From Candidatus Omnitrophota bacterium (GTDB taxonomy: Bacteria; Omnitrophota; Gorgyraeia; 1-14-0-20-64-10): 64,000 nucleotides of DNA. The stretch is from the NCBI GenBank assembly GCA_023248155.1, contig JAHFFE010000001.1, positions 314,603-378,602 on the forward strand, read 5' to 3'. The notes below the pieces were generated by a model. That model worked only from the letters and a program-made list of their open reading frames with translations, did not search any database and was not told where the DNA came from. This document shows positions 53,485 to 64,000 of this stretch, in pieces (the first letter of the stretch is position 1; each line of letters starts with the position of its first letter). The position numbers and the translations under genes were made by a program.

Positions 53485-54569
53485 TTTCCTGGCTTGCGTT
53501 TATTTTCACGCTCGGAGCGATTGTGATGATCCACGAATGGGGGCATTTTATTGTGGCCCGTTTCGTCGGCGTGAAAGTAGAACGGTTCTCATTTGGATTT
53601 GGCCCCGTGCTTTGGAAAAAACAGGGAGCCCAGACGGAGTATGTGCTGAGCCTTTTGCCGCTGGGCGGCTATGTGAAGCTGGCCGGCGAAACCGATAATG
53701 AAAAACGGGGACCCGCCAAGCCGTGGGAGTACCGCGGCCGGCCGATCGGCGACAAGGCCGCCATTATCCTGGCCGGACCGCTGATTAATTACCTGCTTGG
53801 GTTTACGCTCTTTTTCACCGTTTTTGTTCTGGGCACCGGCACGCTGACGCCGCGCGTCGGCCGGCTGATGAAAGACTATCCGGCGGCGGCCGCCGGTTTG
53901 CGGGTGGGCGATCTGATTACGGCGGTTAACGGCCGGCCGGTCCAGACATGGGAAGAGATGACGCATGCTGTTCAGAATTCTCCCGACGGGGTTACGCTGG
54001 CCGTCGACCGTGACGGCACTCATTTTGACAAAATAATTCAGCCGAAAATTTCGGAACAGCCGCCGTTGTTCGGAAAAGCAAAACGGATTGGGATGATCGG
54101 CGTGGCTCCGTCGGGTGAAGTGGTCGTTCGCCGCTATTCAGTTCCGCGTGCTTTTGTCAAAGCGGGCCAGCAGGTCTGGCTGCTGACGACTTCCACGATT
54201 TTTGCACTCTGGAGTATGGCAACCGGCGCGATGCCGCTGAAGGAATCGTTCACAGGCCCGATCGGTATTTTTCAGATTACCGCGTCGGTGGCGCAGAAGG
54301 GGATTATTCCGCTGCTGCAGCTGATCGCTATTTTAAGCACCAGTATCGGATTTTTTAACCTGCTGCCGGTGCCGGTACTCGACGGCGGGCACCTGCTTTT
54401 TCTGGTTCTTGAAAAATGGCGCGGCAAACCGGTCAGCGAGCGGGCGCAGGAAAACTGCGTAAAAGTGGGTATGGGTCTTTTGCTGGCGCTGCTGGCGGTG
54501 GTGACCTACAACGATCTGGTCCGCATGGGCGTTTTTGCGCGTCTCACCCAGTGGTTCAGCCGCGGTTAG
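53481..54569 (+). CDS. rseP: RIP metalloprotease
   Basis: HEWGH, AGP..N, PDZ domain, NLLPVPVLDGG. Confidence 0.96.
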   Translation: MISWLAFIFTLGAIVMIHEWGHFIVARFVGVKVERFSFGFGPVLWKKQGAQTEYVLSLLPLGGYVKLAGETDNEKRGPAKPWEYRGRPIGDKAAIILAGPLINYLLGFTLFFTVFVLGTGTLTPRVGRLMKDYPAAAAGLRVGDLITAVNGRPVQTWEEMTHAVQNSPDGVTLAVDRDGTHFDKIIQPKISEQPPLFGKAKRIGMIGVAPSGEVVVRRYSVPRAFVKAGQQVWLLTTSTIFALWSMATGAMPLKESFTGPIGIFQITASVAQKGIIPLLQLIAILSTSIGFFNLLPVPVLDGGHLLFLVLEKWRGKPVSERAQENCVKVGMGLLLALLAVVTYNDLVRMGVFARLTQWFSRG

Positions 54570-54602
54570 TACCCCGAGAGTGACAGGATCCGAAGTGATA
54601 TA

Positions 54603-56306
54603 ATGGAAAAAATGAAAACCCAAGAACACGAAAATAAAACCGCTGCAATTCGGCGGAAAAGCTGGCCGGTTCAAGTCGGCTCCGTTCAGATCGGCGGCGA
54701 TGCCCCTCTGCGCGTGCAGTCGATGACGACCACCACGACGCAGGATATCGATGCCACCGTTGATCAGACGGCCGCGCTGGTGAAAGCCGGCTGCGACCTG
54801 GTCCGCATTACGGCGCAGACTTCCGTCGAGGCCAAGGCGTTGGCTCAAATCAAGCAAAAACTGGCGCAGCGCGGCATCACCACGCCGCTGGTGGCCGACA
54901 TCCATTTCAATCCGAAATCAGCGCTCGATTCAGCCGACCATGTTGAAAAAATCCGGATTAATCCCGGCAACTTTGCCGATTCCAAACAGTTTGCGCAGCG
55001 CGAGTATACGCAGGACCAGTACAAGGATGAGCTGTCGCGCATTTCCGAAAAATTCAGTCCGCTCGTCGAGAAATGCAAGCAGCTCAAGCGCGCGATGCGC
55101 ATCGGCACGAATCACGGTTCGCTCTCCGACCGGATCATGAACCAGTTTGGCGATACGCCGGCCGGCATGGTTGAGTCGGCGCTGGAATATTTGCGCGTGG
55201 CTGAATCACTTGGTTTTGGGGACATTGTTTTTTCGATGAAGGCGTCGAACCCCGTTGTGATGGCGCATGCCAACCGATTGTTGGTCGACGCGCTGGAAAA
55301 GCACGGCACCCGCCGCTATCCGTTGCATTTGGGCGTGACCGAGGCCGGTGAAGGGGAAGACGCGCGAATTAAATCAGCGTTGGGCATCGGCGTTCTATTG
55401 GCTGAAGGGATCGGCGACACGATCCGTGTTTCGCTGACGGAAGATCCGGTGGAGGAAGTTCCGGTTGCCGCGGCGATGGCGCGTTGGGCCGAGGCGCGTT
55501 GGGCCGCCGGCAAGCAGGTGGCTCCTCCGATCCGTCCGTTTGAATGGTCCCGCCATCCGACGAATGCCGCGCTCCATGAAACCATTGTTATCGGCGGTGA
55601 AGATCTGGTGAAGGTCGGTTTGTTCCAGGGTGATTATCCCCATCCGCGGCAGGCCGGCACTAAAGATACGCCGTGCGAATTTTTAATCGGTGATGATGCG
55701 GCGCTGCTCGGGAAGTTCCACATCGTGCAGGCCGAGGAACTGCTTAATGAAGGCCGTTTGCTGGCGCGCAAACTGGAAGCGGCCGGCGACAAACGTCCGA
55801 TCATTCTGGTTTGGGACGCGCGCCGTTTTGAAAAAGACAATCTTGAATTTTTGATTGAAGCGGGCGTGCAGGTCGGCGGGTTGCTGATGGACGGCATCGG
55901 CGATGCCGTCGTGATCCGCTCGAAACTGCCGGCGTCCCGCATACTCACATTAACTTACAATATTTTGCAGGCGGCGCGGGTCCGGTCGGTCAAGACAGAA
56001 TACATCGCTTGTCCCGGCTGCGGCCGCACATTGTTCGACCTGCAGTCGACCACGCAGCTGATCAAATCGCGCACCGGGCATCTCAAAGGCGTCAAGATCG
56101 CCGTGATGGGCTGTGTTGTGAACGGTCCCGGCGAAATGGCCGACGCTGATTTCGGTTATGTCGGCGGATCTCCGGGCACCGTCAATCTGTATGTCGGCAA
56201 AGAAGTGGTTCAGCGCGCCGTTCCGACGGCGCAGGCCTGCGACAAGCTGGTTGAATTGATCAAACAGCACGGCAAGTGGGTCGATCCTGTCGAAGAATCG
56301 GTCTAA
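54603..56306 (+). CDS. ispG: HMBPP synthase (long form with internal insertion)
   Basis: VQSMT, ADIHF, RINPGN, HLGVTEAG, CPGCGR, MGCVVNGPGE. Confidence 0.97.
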   Translation: MEKMKTQEHENKTAAIRRKSWPVQVGSVQIGGDAPLRVQSMTTTTTQDIDATVDQTAALVKAGCDLVRITAQTSVEAKALAQIKQKLAQRGITTPLVADIHFNPKSALDSADHVEKIRINPGNFADSKQFAQREYTQDQYKDELSRISEKFSPLVEKCKQLKRAMRIGTNHGSLSDRIMNQFGDTPAGMVESALEYLRVAESLGFGDIVFSMKASNPVVMAHANRLLVDALEKHGTRRYPLHLGVTEAGEGEDARIKSALGIGVLLAEGIGDTIRVSLTEDPVEEVPVAAAMARWAEARWAAGKQVAPPIRPFEWSRHPTNAALHETIVIGGEDLVKVGLFQGDYPHPRQAGTKDTPCEFLIGDDAALLGKFHIVQAEELLNEGRLLARKLEAAGDKRPIILVWDARRFEKDNLEFLIEAGVQVGGLLMDGIGDAVVIRSKLPASRILTLTYNILQAARVRSVKTEYIACPGCGRTLFDLQSTTQLIKSRTGHLKGVKIAVMGCVVNGPGEMADADFGYVGGSPGTVNLYVGKEVVQRAVPTAQACDKLVELIKQHGKWVDPVEESV

Positions 56307-57598
56307 TGCGCGCGACCGAGTCGTATTTTCCCACCTTAAGAGAAGTTCCCGCGGAAGCGGAAGTCATCAGCCACCGGCTGATGCTGCGCGCCGGGCTGGT
56401 GCGCAAATTGTCGGCAGGAACTTACTCGTATCTTCCGATGGGTATGCGTGTGCTGCTGAAAGTCACGCAAATTATTCGCGAAGAAATGGCCAACGCCGGC
56501 GCGTTGGAAGTTTTAATGCCGGCGCTTCAGCCGGCCGATGTCTGGAAAAAATCGGGCCGCTACGACAAGATGGGCCCGGAGATGATCCGGTTCCGCGACC
56601 GGCACGGCAAGGAAACAGTGTTGGGCCCCACACACGAAGAAATTATTACCACGCTGATTTCCGGCGAGCTGCGTTCCTACCGTGATCTGCCCAAAACCTT
56701 TTTCCAGATTCAGACCAAATTCCGTGATGAAGCGCGGCCGCGGTTCGGTGTGATCCGTTCCAGCGAATTCATCATGAAAGACGCCTACAGTTTTCACCGC
56801 GACGAGAAAAGCCTCGATGAAATGTACAAAAAAATGTACGCGGCTTATACGCGCATCTTTCAGCGCTGCGGCATGAACGCGATTCCCGTCGAGGCCGATA
56901 CCGGCGTCATGGGCGGCGACAATTCGCACGAGTTCATGATTCCGGCTTCCTGCGGCGAAGATTTCGTGGTTCGCTGCAAGGCCTGTTCATACGCCGCTTC
57001 CATGGATAAAGCTGCCAAGAAAATGACACCGGCCGGAGCCGCTGAGCCGGTTGTTCCGAAGAATGGCGACGCCTGTCCGCAATGCGCGCAGCCGCTTGAA
57101 ATCCTGCCGGGCATCGAGGTGGGCCATATTTTCAAGCTGGGCACCAAATATTCCACATCGCTCGAAGCGATGTACCTCAACGAGGACGGCAAACAAAAAG
57201 TCTTTATCATGGGCTGCTACGGCATTGGCGTCACGCGGATTATTCCGTCGATCATCGAGGCCAATAACGATGAGGCCGGCATCCGCTGGCCGGTTTCGGT
57301 GGCTCCGTATACCGTGGTGGTGATCCCGGTCAATCCGGATGACGCTGTCAAACAGGCGGCCGAGTCGTTGTATCACGATTTGCAAAAAGCTGGCATTGAA
57401 GTGCTGCTGGATGACCGAGACCTGTCGGGCGGCGTCAAAATGAAAGATGCCGATTTGATCGGGTTCCCGCTGCGCGTGGTGGTCAGCAATAAAACACTGC
57501 AACAGTCGGCCGTTGAGCTGAAAGTCCGCACCGAACCGCAGTTCTCTCTGGTCCCGCTTTCCGAAATCGTTTCCCGCCTCAAATCCATCCAAAACTAA
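56306..57598 (+). CDS. proS: Proline-tRNA ligase (short form without full editing domain)
   Basis: LGPTHEE, KFRDEARPRFG, EFIMKDAYSF, GIEVGHIFKLG, MGCYGIG. Confidence 0.97.
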   Translation: MRATESYFPTLREVPAEAEVISHRLMLRAGLVRKLSAGTYSYLPMGMRVLLKVTQIIREEMANAGALEVLMPALQPADVWKKSGRYDKMGPEMIRFRDRHGKETVLGPTHEEIITTLISGELRSYRDLPKTFFQIQTKFRDEARPRFGVIRSSEFIMKDAYSFHRDEKSLDEMYKKMYAAYTRIFQRCGMNAIPVEADTGVMGGDNSHEFMIPASCGEDFVVRCKACSYAASMDKAAKKMTPAGAAEPVVPKNGDACPQCAQPLEILPGIEVGHIFKLGTKYSTSLEAMYLNEDGKQKVFIMGCYGIGVTRIIPSIIEANNDEAGIRWPVSVAPYTVVVIPVNPDDAVKQAAESLYHDLQKAGIEVLLDDRDLSGGVKMKDADLIGFPLRVVVSNKTLQQSAVELKVRTEPQFSLVPLSEIVSRLKSIQN

Positions 57599-57648
57599 AT
57601 CAGCCCTAGGAGTTTTTCGAGTCAGCCCGGGATACCCTAAATCGTCTT

Positions 57649-57797
57649 CGCTTCGGGTCCTGCCGCTCGGGGACACTCTCCGCCGTCCGTGCTCGCTTCG
57701 CTGCGCGCGTGGCGGCGAAGGCCTCTCCCGCCCGCGTCACCCGAAGCGCCTGCGTGGGTAGAGGCGGAACGGGATATGGGGCAAGTGGACCTTGGCG
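57649..57797. repeat. Intergenic hairpin repeat, copy 2
   Basis: Matches 3158-3253 and 3285-3312. Closed by cgcttcgggt/acccgaagcg. Confidence 0.9.
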
Positions 57798-57892
57798 GAG
57801 GCCGACGCGCCGCTTGACAGCGGCAGTCGCTCCGACGGATAATAATAGGGTAATGCCGTAATAGGTTCTTCCCCGGAGTCCTCAGGGGATGC

Positions 57893-57925
57893 GAGTGGGA
57901 TACCAACGATTGGTCCCACTTTTTT
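57893..57925 (+). promoter_or_regulatory. rimP-leader terminator-like hairpin
   Basis: gagtggga-taccaacgattgg-tcccac-tttttt upstream of rimP-nusA-infB, resembling the widespread GAGTGGG..CCCACT leader. Confidence 0.75.
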
Positions 57926-57958
57926 GTTCTCTAAAAGCTGAAAAAAGGGATTTTTTCG

Positions 57959-58435
57959 ATGGCGTCGATGCACCAGGAGCAGTTGCTGCAGAAGATCCGG
58001 GAATTGATTGAACCGGTCCTGCGCGCCCGACAAATAGATTTGGTCGATATTGCCTGCCATTTTGGCAGTGGGCGCACGATTATCCGCTGTTTGGTCGATA
58101 CGGCGCGCGGAATCAAGCTGGATGAACTCAGTTCGGCCAACCGCGTGATCGGCGTTTTGCTCGACGAGCATGACCTGATTCCGGAGCGGTATTTGCTGGA
58201 AGTCAGTTCGCCGGGCCTGGACCGTCCGCTGAAAAAGACCGCCGATTTTGAGCGCGTCATCGGCCGCCGGATTCGCGTCGTGACATCGGTTCCGATCGAT
58301 GGCCGGCAGGAACATGTGGGTGAATTGCTGGGCGCCAATGAGGAGGCAATCGTCCTGAAACTCGATTCGGGCGATAAACTGCAGATTTTGCTTCCACAGA
58401 TTGCGCATGCGGTACAGGAGATTGAATTAAAATGA
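57959..58435 (+). CDS. rimP: Ribosome maturation factor
   Basis: YLLEVSSPGLDRPL. Precedes nusA. Confidence 0.95.
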   Translation: MASMHQEQLLQKIRELIEPVLRARQIDLVDIACHFGSGRTIIRCLVDTARGIKLDELSSANRVIGVLLDEHDLIPERYLLEVSSPGLDRPLKKTADFERVIGRRIRVVTSVPIDGRQEHVGELLGANEEAIVLKLDSGDKLQILLPQIAHAVQEIELK

Positions 58436-58520
58436 CCCCACCACCTTTTGGAATGAAACAGATGTTTCATGAATTTGCTTCAGCAAATTCAAAACCGTTG
58501 GTTTTACAAGAGGTGGTGGG

Positions 58521-59756
58521 GTGAACAGCGAACTGTTGTCGGTACTCGATAATTTAAGCCGCGAAAAAGGGATCGACCGCGAGGTCATCCTCGAGGCGAT
58601 CGAGTCCGCTTTGGTCAGCGCCGCGCGCAAGTCGCTGGGATCATTGACGGCCGATGTGACCGCGACGATTGACCGTGCGACCGGCACGATCCTCGTGATC
58701 GCCGAGGGGAAAGAACTGGCCAACGCCGAATTTGGCCGCATCGCCGCGCAAACGGCCAAGCAGGTTATTTTCCACAAAATTCGCGAAGCGGAACGCAGTG
58801 TGATTTTTACTGAATTTTCGCCGCGCGCCGGCACCATGCTGACCGGCACCATGCAGCGGTTTGACCGCGGCGCGATCGTGGTCGATATCGGGAAAACCGA
58901 AGCGGTTCTGCCGAAGCGCGAACAGTCGCCCAAGGAAACTTTTCGTCCCGGCGATCGTGTCAGCGCCTATTGCATCGAAGTGAACAAGACGGCCAAGGGT
59001 CCGCAGATTATTCTGTCTCGGTCGCACCCGAGTTTTGTTTTGGAACTGTTCAAGATGGAAGTTCCAGAGATCGGGCAGGGCATCGTCGAGATCAAATCGG
59101 TTTCGCGCGAGGCCGGCGACCGCGCGAAGGTGGCCGTCTACACCAAGGACGAAAAGATCGACTGCGTCGGCGCTTGCGTCGGAATGCGCGGCACGCGCGT
59201 CAAGGATATCGTGCGCGAACTGCACGGAGAAAAAATCGACATCATCCGCTGGAGCCCGAAGCTGGAAGAATATGTGGCCGCGGCGCTTTCTCCGGCGAAG
59301 GTCGTTGAAATCCAAATGTCACCCGATCGCCGGCAGGTGCAGGTCATTGTGGATGAAGATCAATTGTCGCTGGCCATCGGCAAGCGCGGCCAGAATGTGC
59401 GCCTGGCGGCGAAGCTCGTCGGCGTTGATATTGATGTCCGGACCCGCGTGCAGCTCGAGAAATTGGCGCAGTGGTCCGTCGGGGAGGTGGCTGGTATCGG
59501 GCCGAAGATGCGCGAAGCGCTGGAAGAAGCCGGGTTCAATAAAGTGGACCGGCTTGCGCGCTCATCGGTGGAAGATCTCACCCGGGTAAAGGGAATTGGA
59601 GAGAAAATCGCGGAGCGGTTGATTGAAGAAGCTAAAAAATTTATGACGCAGCTGGAGGCGGAAGTTCCGCCGCCGGCCGAAGAAATTGCACCGGCCGCTC
59701 CAGCGTCGCCATCGGAGGATTCGAATGCCAACCCCGCGCAAGAGCAGCAGCCCTAA
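58521..59756 (+). CDS. nusA: Transcription factor NusA with C-terminal HhH repeats
   Basis: FGRIAAQTAKQVI, REAGDRAK, GACVGMRG, LSLAIGKRGQNVRLA. Confidence 0.98.
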   Translation: MNSELLSVLDNLSREKGIDREVILEAIESALVSAARKSLGSLTADVTATIDRATGTILVIAEGKELANAEFGRIAAQTAKQVIFHKIREAERSVIFTEFSPRAGTMLTGTMQRFDRGAIVVDIGKTEAVLPKREQSPKETFRPGDRVSAYCIEVNKTAKGPQIILSRSHPSFVLELFKMEVPEIGQGIVEIKSVSREAGDRAKVAVYTKDEKIDCVGACVGMRGTRVKDIVRELHGEKIDIIRWSPKLEEYVAAALSPAKVVEIQMSPDRRQVQVIVDEDQLSLAIGKRGQNVRLAAKLVGVDIDVRTRVQLEKLAQWSVGEVAGIGPKMREALEEAGFNKVDRLARSSVEDLTRVKGIGEKIAERLIEEAKKFMTQLEAEVPPPAEEIAPAAPASPSEDSNANPAQEQQP

Positions 59757-61968
59757 GTCAAAAACCGTAAAAACGGTGAAGCCGAAAGCCGCCGTCAAAG
59801 CGGCCAAGCCGGTGAAGGCCGTTAAGCCGCCGGCCAAGCCCGTCAAGCCGGCAAAACCGGTTGTTTCGGTTGCCAAGAAAAGAAAAGTTGCGCCCGTTAC
59901 CATCAAGCCGATTCCCGGCATGGAGCGGACCGTTGCTCCGGAGATCAAGAAACCGGCGGCAGTCGTTCCTCCACCGGTTTCAGTTGCGCCTGTCGCAGCG
60001 CCGCGCGTAGTGGCGCCGCCCCCTCCGGTTTCCAAACCGGCCCCGGTACGACCGTCCGTCGTTGTTGCGCCTCCGCCTCCATTTTCCCCGCCGCCGGCCG
60101 CTCCCGTGGCTGCCACGCCGGTGATTCCGAGCGTGCCTGCGCCTGTGGTACGGCCGCCCGCGCCGCCGCCTGTTCCGGTCGCGGCCAAGCCGGAAGTTCC
60201 TGCGGCCCCGAAGAAAATTCTGAAATTAACGATCCCTTTGACAGTCAAAGAACTGGCCGACAAATTATCGATTTCACCGGGAGAATTAATCAAGCATTTG
60301 ATCGGAATGAAGGTCATGGCGACGATCAACCAAATGCTGACCGAAGAACCGGTTGAGAAATTAGTGACGCTCTACGGGTACCAGTACGAACGGCTTCCGA
60401 CGCTGGAAGAAAAAATGGAAGCGGTTCACGAACAAAAAGATGATCCGCTCAAGCGAATGTCTCGGCCTCCGGTCGTGACGTTCATGGGCCATGTCGACCA
60501 CGGTAAAACATCTTTGCTCGACGCGATCCGCGAATCACGCGTCGTTGAAGGCGAAGCCGGCGGCATCACGCAGCATATCGGCGCCTACCGCGTCACGATG
60601 GCGCGCGGCACGATTACCTTTTTGGATACGCCCGGCCATGAAGCGTTTACGGCCATGCGCGCGCGCGGCGCGAATGTGACCGACATCGTGGTTCTGGTCG
60701 TCGCTGCCGATGACGGCATCATGCCGCAAACAAAAGAAGCGGCCGATCACGCGCATGCGGCCGGCGCGACGATCGTCGTGGCGATGAACAAAATCGACAA
60801 GCCGACCGCCAACGCCGAGCGCGTCAAAAAACAGTTGTCCGAAATCAATCTGCTGCCCGAAGACTGGGGCGGCAAAACAATTGTGGTGCCGGTTTCCGCG
60901 AAAACCGGAGAGGGCATTGATCAATTGCTCGAAGCGATTTTGCTGGAAGCCGAAGTGCTGGAATTGAAAGCCGATCCGACCCGTTCGGCGCGCGGCGCGG
61001 TTCTCGAAGGCAAGCTGACCAAGGGCGGCGGTCCCGTCGGTCATTTGCTGGTGCAGAACGGAACGCTGCGCGTGGGCGATGTGCTGGTGAGCGGAACGAT
61101 CGTCGGCAAGGTTCGCGCGCTGATGGACGTGCGCGGCCACCGGCTCGTGGAGGTGGGACCGTCTTCTCCGGTTGAAGTGCTCGGCTTAAGCGGCGTGCCG
61201 CGGGCCGGCGATGTGTTCATGGTGGTTCCCGATGAGAAACAGGCGCGCGAAATTGTTTCCAAGCGCGTGGAAGAGCAAAGAATGGCAGCGGCCGCTCCGA
61301 TCCGCCGCGCGGTTTCGCTTGAGGAGTTCCATCTTCAGCTGACGGCCGGAAAAATAAAGGGATTGAACCTCATCCTGAAATCCGATGTGCAGGGTTCTCT
61401 CGAGGCGATTCAGGACGCGATTTCAAAACTGTCGACCGAGCAGACCAATCTGAAATTTTTGCATATCGGCGTGGGTGATATTACCGAGCCGGATATTTTG
61501 CTGGCCGAGGCGTCGAACGCCGTGGTGATCGGGTTCAATGTAAAGACCACGCCGGAAGCCGAAGTGCTGGCCAAGGAAGAGCAGGTCGATGTCCGCGTTT
61601 ATAAGATCATCTACGAGGCCGTCGCCGATGTGAAAGCCGCGCTGGAAGGCCTCCTCGAGCCGAAGCTGGTCGAACAGTTTGTCGGCCGCGTTAAAGTGCT
61701 GCAGGCGTTCAAGGTTTCCAAGGTCGGCACCATCGCCGGTTCCCAGGTCATCAAGGGCAAGGCACAGCGCGGCGTCATGGGCCGGGTTATGCGCGGCAAA
61801 GAAAAAATATTCGAAGGCAAAGTCGATTCGCTCAAGCGCTTCAAAGAAGATGTGAAAGAAGTGGCTGAGGGCGTGCAGTGCGGAATCGGGCTGGCCGGGT
61901 TCGGCGGTTATGAGCCGGAAGATCTGATCGAACTGTTCACTGTTGAAAAGGTGGCGCAGCGGTTATGA
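59725..61968 (+). CDS. infB: Translation initiation factor IF-2
   Basis: [24 protein letters not shown], Lys/Pro-rich N-terminus. GGAGG before ATG 59725. Confidence 0.98.
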   Translation: MPTPRKSSSPKSKTVKTVKPKAAVKAAKPVKAVKPPAKPVKPAKPVVSVAKKRKVAPVTIKPIPGMERTVAPEIKKPAAVVPPPVSVAPVAAPRVVAPPPPVSKPAPVRPSVVVAPPPPFSPPPAAPVAATPVIPSVPAPVVRPPAPPPVPVAAKPEVPAAPKKILKLTIPLTVKELADKLSISPGELIKHLIGMKVMATINQMLTEEPVEKLVTLYGYQYERLPTLEEKMEAVHEQKDDPLKRMSRPPVVTFMGHVDHGKTSLLDAIRESRVVEGEAGGITQHIGAYRVTMARGTITFLDTPGHEAFTAMRARGANVTDIVVLVVAADDGIMPQTKEAADHAHAAGATIVVAMNKIDKPTANAERVKKQLSEINLLPEDWGGKTIVVPVSAKTGEGIDQLLEAILLEAEVLELKADPTRSARGAVLEGKLTKGGGPVGHLLVQNGTLRVGDVLVSGTIVGKVRALMDVRGHRLVEVGPSSPVEVLGLSGVPRAGDVFMVVPDEKQAREIVSKRVEEQRMAAAAPIRRAVSLEEFHLQLTAGKIKGLNLILKSDVQGSLEAIQDAISKLSTEQTNLKFLHIGVGDITEPDILLAEASNAVVIGFNVKTTPEAEVLAKEEQVDVRVYKIIYEAVADVKAALEGLLEPKLVEQFVGRVKVLQAFKVSKVGTIAGSQVIKGKAQRGVMGRVMRGKEKIFEGKVDSLKRFKEDVKEVAEGVQCGIGLAGFGGYEPEDLIELFTVEKVAQRL

Positions 61969-62951
61969 CGACCCCGCGTCCGCGGATCTTAAGCGGTATG
62001 CGGCCGACCGGCCCTCTGCATTTGGGGCATCTGGTGGGCGCTCTGAGCAACTGGGTTGAGCTTCAACAGCAGTACGACTGTTTCTTTATGGTCGCCGACT
62101 GGCACGCGCTGATGAGCGAGTACGAACGCCCCGGTGAAATGGCGCAGCGCGTCGAGCAGATGGTCAGCGACTGGATTGCCGGCGGTGTCGATCCTAAACG
62201 TTCGGTAATTTTCCGGCAGTCGGATGTTCCGGAACATCTGGAATTATACATGGTGCTCTCGATCCTGACGCCGTTGGGTTGGGTGGAGCGCGTTCCAACC
62301 TACAAAGAACAGCTGCGCGAAGTGACCGGGCGCGATCTGGCGACCTACGGATTTTTGGGATACCCGGTTCTGCAGGCGGCCGATATTCTGCTCTATAAAG
62401 CCAATGCGGTTCCGGTCGGCGAAGACCAGATTCCGCACCTGGAATTGACGCGCGAGATTGTGCGCCGGTTCAAATTTTTGTACAACACCGATATTTTTCC
62501 GGAACCCAAACCGCTGTTAACCGAAGAGGCGCGTCTGCTGGGTCTGGATGGGCGCAAGATGTCGAAGTCGTACGACAATTACATCGGCCTATCCGAAGAT
62601 CCGGAATCACTTCGCAAGAAGGCGCAGAAAATGTTCACCGATCCCAAGCGGATCAAGATGACCGATGCGGGCCATCCGGAAGAATGCAATGTCTGCCATT
62701 ACTGGCAGGTGTTCGCGCCGAACGAGGCGCCCGCTGTCTGGGAAGAGTGCCGCACCTCGAAGCGCGGATGCACGAAGAACAAACAGGAATTGGCCGAGCG
62801 GCTGGTGACGCTGACCGAACCGTTCCGCAAGAACCGCAGCCAGATTCAGTCGGGCGCTGTGCGAAAAATTTTGGATGAAGGCGCCGAGCGCGCCCGCGCG
62901 ATTGCGCGCGAGACGATCCGTGAAGTCCGTCAGGCCGTGGGGATGTCGTGA
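61965..62951 (+). CDS. trpS: Tryptophan-tRNA ligase
   Basis: SGMRPTG.LHLGH, YPVLQAADIL, VPVGEDQ, KMSKS. Confidence 0.98.
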   Translation: MTTPRPRILSGMRPTGPLHLGHLVGALSNWVELQQQYDCFFMVADWHALMSEYERPGEMAQRVEQMVSDWIAGGVDPKRSVIFRQSDVPEHLELYMVLSILTPLGWVERVPTYKEQLREVTGRDLATYGFLGYPVLQAADILLYKANAVPVGEDQIPHLELTREIVRRFKFLYNTDIFPEPKPLLTEEARLLGLDGRKMSKSYDNYIGLSEDPESLRKKAQKMFTDPKRIKMTDAGHPEECNVCHYWQVFAPNEAPAVWEECRTSKRGCTKNKQELAERLVTLTEPFRKNRSQIQSGAVRKILDEGAERARAIARETIREVRQAVGMS

Positions 62952-63664
62952 GCTATAAAATCTCGCTCGAAATTTTTGAAGGACCGCTCGACCTGCTGTT
63001 GCACCTGGTCAAGCAGAACCATTTGGAAATCGAGACGATTCCGATCGCCAGCATCACCGACCAGTACCTGCGCTATCTGGAAATGATGGAAGCGCTTGAT
63101 CTGGAAGTGGCCGGCGAATTTCTGGTGGTGGCTGCAACGCTGATGCAGATTAAATCGCGCGCGCTGCTTCCGCCCGAGACGCTGCCTCCGGCCGATGCCG
63201 AAGAGCCGGACCCGGCACAGGAACTGATCGCGCGGCTGAAAGAATATCAGAAATTTAAGCAGGCGGCCGAACAGCTGGCCGGCAGGGAGAAGGAACGGAT
63301 GGTTCAATATGTCCGTCCGGTCGCCCGCGAGGATGTTCCGTCGGAGACGGAAGAGTTTATTGATGCCAGTTTGTTTGATCTGCTGACGGCATTCTCGCAG
63401 TTCATGTCCGCGGATATGGCGAAGGCCGCGCATGAAGTTTTGCAGGAACAGTTTACTGTAGAAGATAAAGTCGCGTATCTGCGGCAGATTGTGTCTGAAA
63501 AGAAGCGTTTGAGTTTTACGGATTTGTTCCGCCGCTCGCGCAGTAAACCGGAAGCGATTGCGACCTTTTTGGCATTGTTGGAGTTGATCCGCATGAAAGA
63601 GTTCGGCATCGTGCAAAGCCAATTATTCGGCGACATTGAAATTGTTTTACGGGAGGCGGCATGA
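62948..63664 (+). CDS. scpA: Segregation and condensation protein A
   Basis: FEGPLDLLLHL, KSRALLP, FLALLEL. Confidence 0.96.
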   Translation: MSYKISLEIFEGPLDLLLHLVKQNHLEIETIPIASITDQYLRYLEMMEALDLEVAGEFLVVAATLMQIKSRALLPPETLPPADAEEPDPAQELIARLKEYQKFKQAAEQLAGREKERMVQYVRPVAREDVPSETEEFIDASLFDLLTAFSQFMSADMAKAAHEVLQEQFTVEDKVAYLRQIVSEKKRLSFTDLFRRSRSKPEAIATFLALLELIRMKEFGIVQSQLFGDIEIVLREAA

Positions 63665-64000
63665 TCGATAGCGAAATCAAAAAAATTCTGGAAGCGCTGC
63701 TATTCGTTTCCGATAAACCGTTGATGGTGGCGCAGGTGCGCGAGGTGTTCGGGCCCGAAATTTCTTCGGCCGACCTGGAACGGCTTTTCGCGGAACTGCG
63801 CGCCGATTATGAACAGAACGACCGCGCGCTGCGCATTGTCGAAGTGGCCGACGGATTCCAGATGGTGACGAATCCGGCGCTGGTTGACTATGTTGCCAAA
63901 TTAAACCGCAAAGTGCGCCGGATCCGTCTGACGAAACCGTCATTGGAAACATTGGCGATCATCGCGTACCGCCAGCCGCTCACGAAAGTGGAGATGGAAC
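63661..64000 (+). CDS. scpB: Segregation and condensation protein B (3'-truncated by window)
   Basis: MIDSEIKKILEALLFVSDKPL..., EVADGFQM, SLETLAIIAYRQP, translated by hand. Confidence 0.93.
   Translation, partial: MIDSEIKKILEALLFVSDKPLMVAQVREVFGPEISSADLERLFAELRADYEQNDRALRIVEVADGFQMVTNPALVDYVAKLNRKVRRIRLTKPSLETLAIIAYRQPLTKVEME

Noticed and set aside
59725-60220. Lys/Pro/Ala/Val-rich low-complexity stretch
   Set aside because: Ordinary variable N-terminus of IF-2.

Overview
GC-rich bacterial chromosomal window with essentially all real genes on the + strand. The gene content and large signal-peptide proteins with repeated short motifs suggest a PVC-superphylum organism, possibly Ca. Omnitrophota (inference, not checked). 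Two housekeeping blocks are present. Left (3.3-22.5 kb): hldA/rfaE1, kdsB, pyrG, kdsA, a Phd-VapC toxin-antitoxin insert, kdsD, kdsC, two PilN/PilO-like genes, lptC/A, lptB, hpf, tig, clpP, class V aminotransferase, serA, purA, hppA. Right (49.4-64 kb): PG-binding protein, OmpA/MotB lipoprotein, uppS, cdsA, dxr, rseP, ispG, proS, rimP, nusA, infB, trpS, scpA, partial scpB. The standout is a 25-kb tandem array of six large genes (22.7-47.7 kb) plus a seventh family member at the window start. The six share a signal peptide followed by LR, unrelated modules separated by a recurring (A/S)-G-[L/A/Q]-E-E motif (37 copies counted by eye across all seven), and a conserved C-terminal domain usually ending in ...SA. 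Cargo modules include normally cytoplasmic enzymes (glycogen-synthase-like GT, PLP threonine-dehydratase-like, KDPG aldolase, transaldolase, ROK kinase), so this looks like a family of exported modular polyproteins. A ~400-nt highly structured unidentified element follows the array. All calls come from reading the sequence; no database searches were run.
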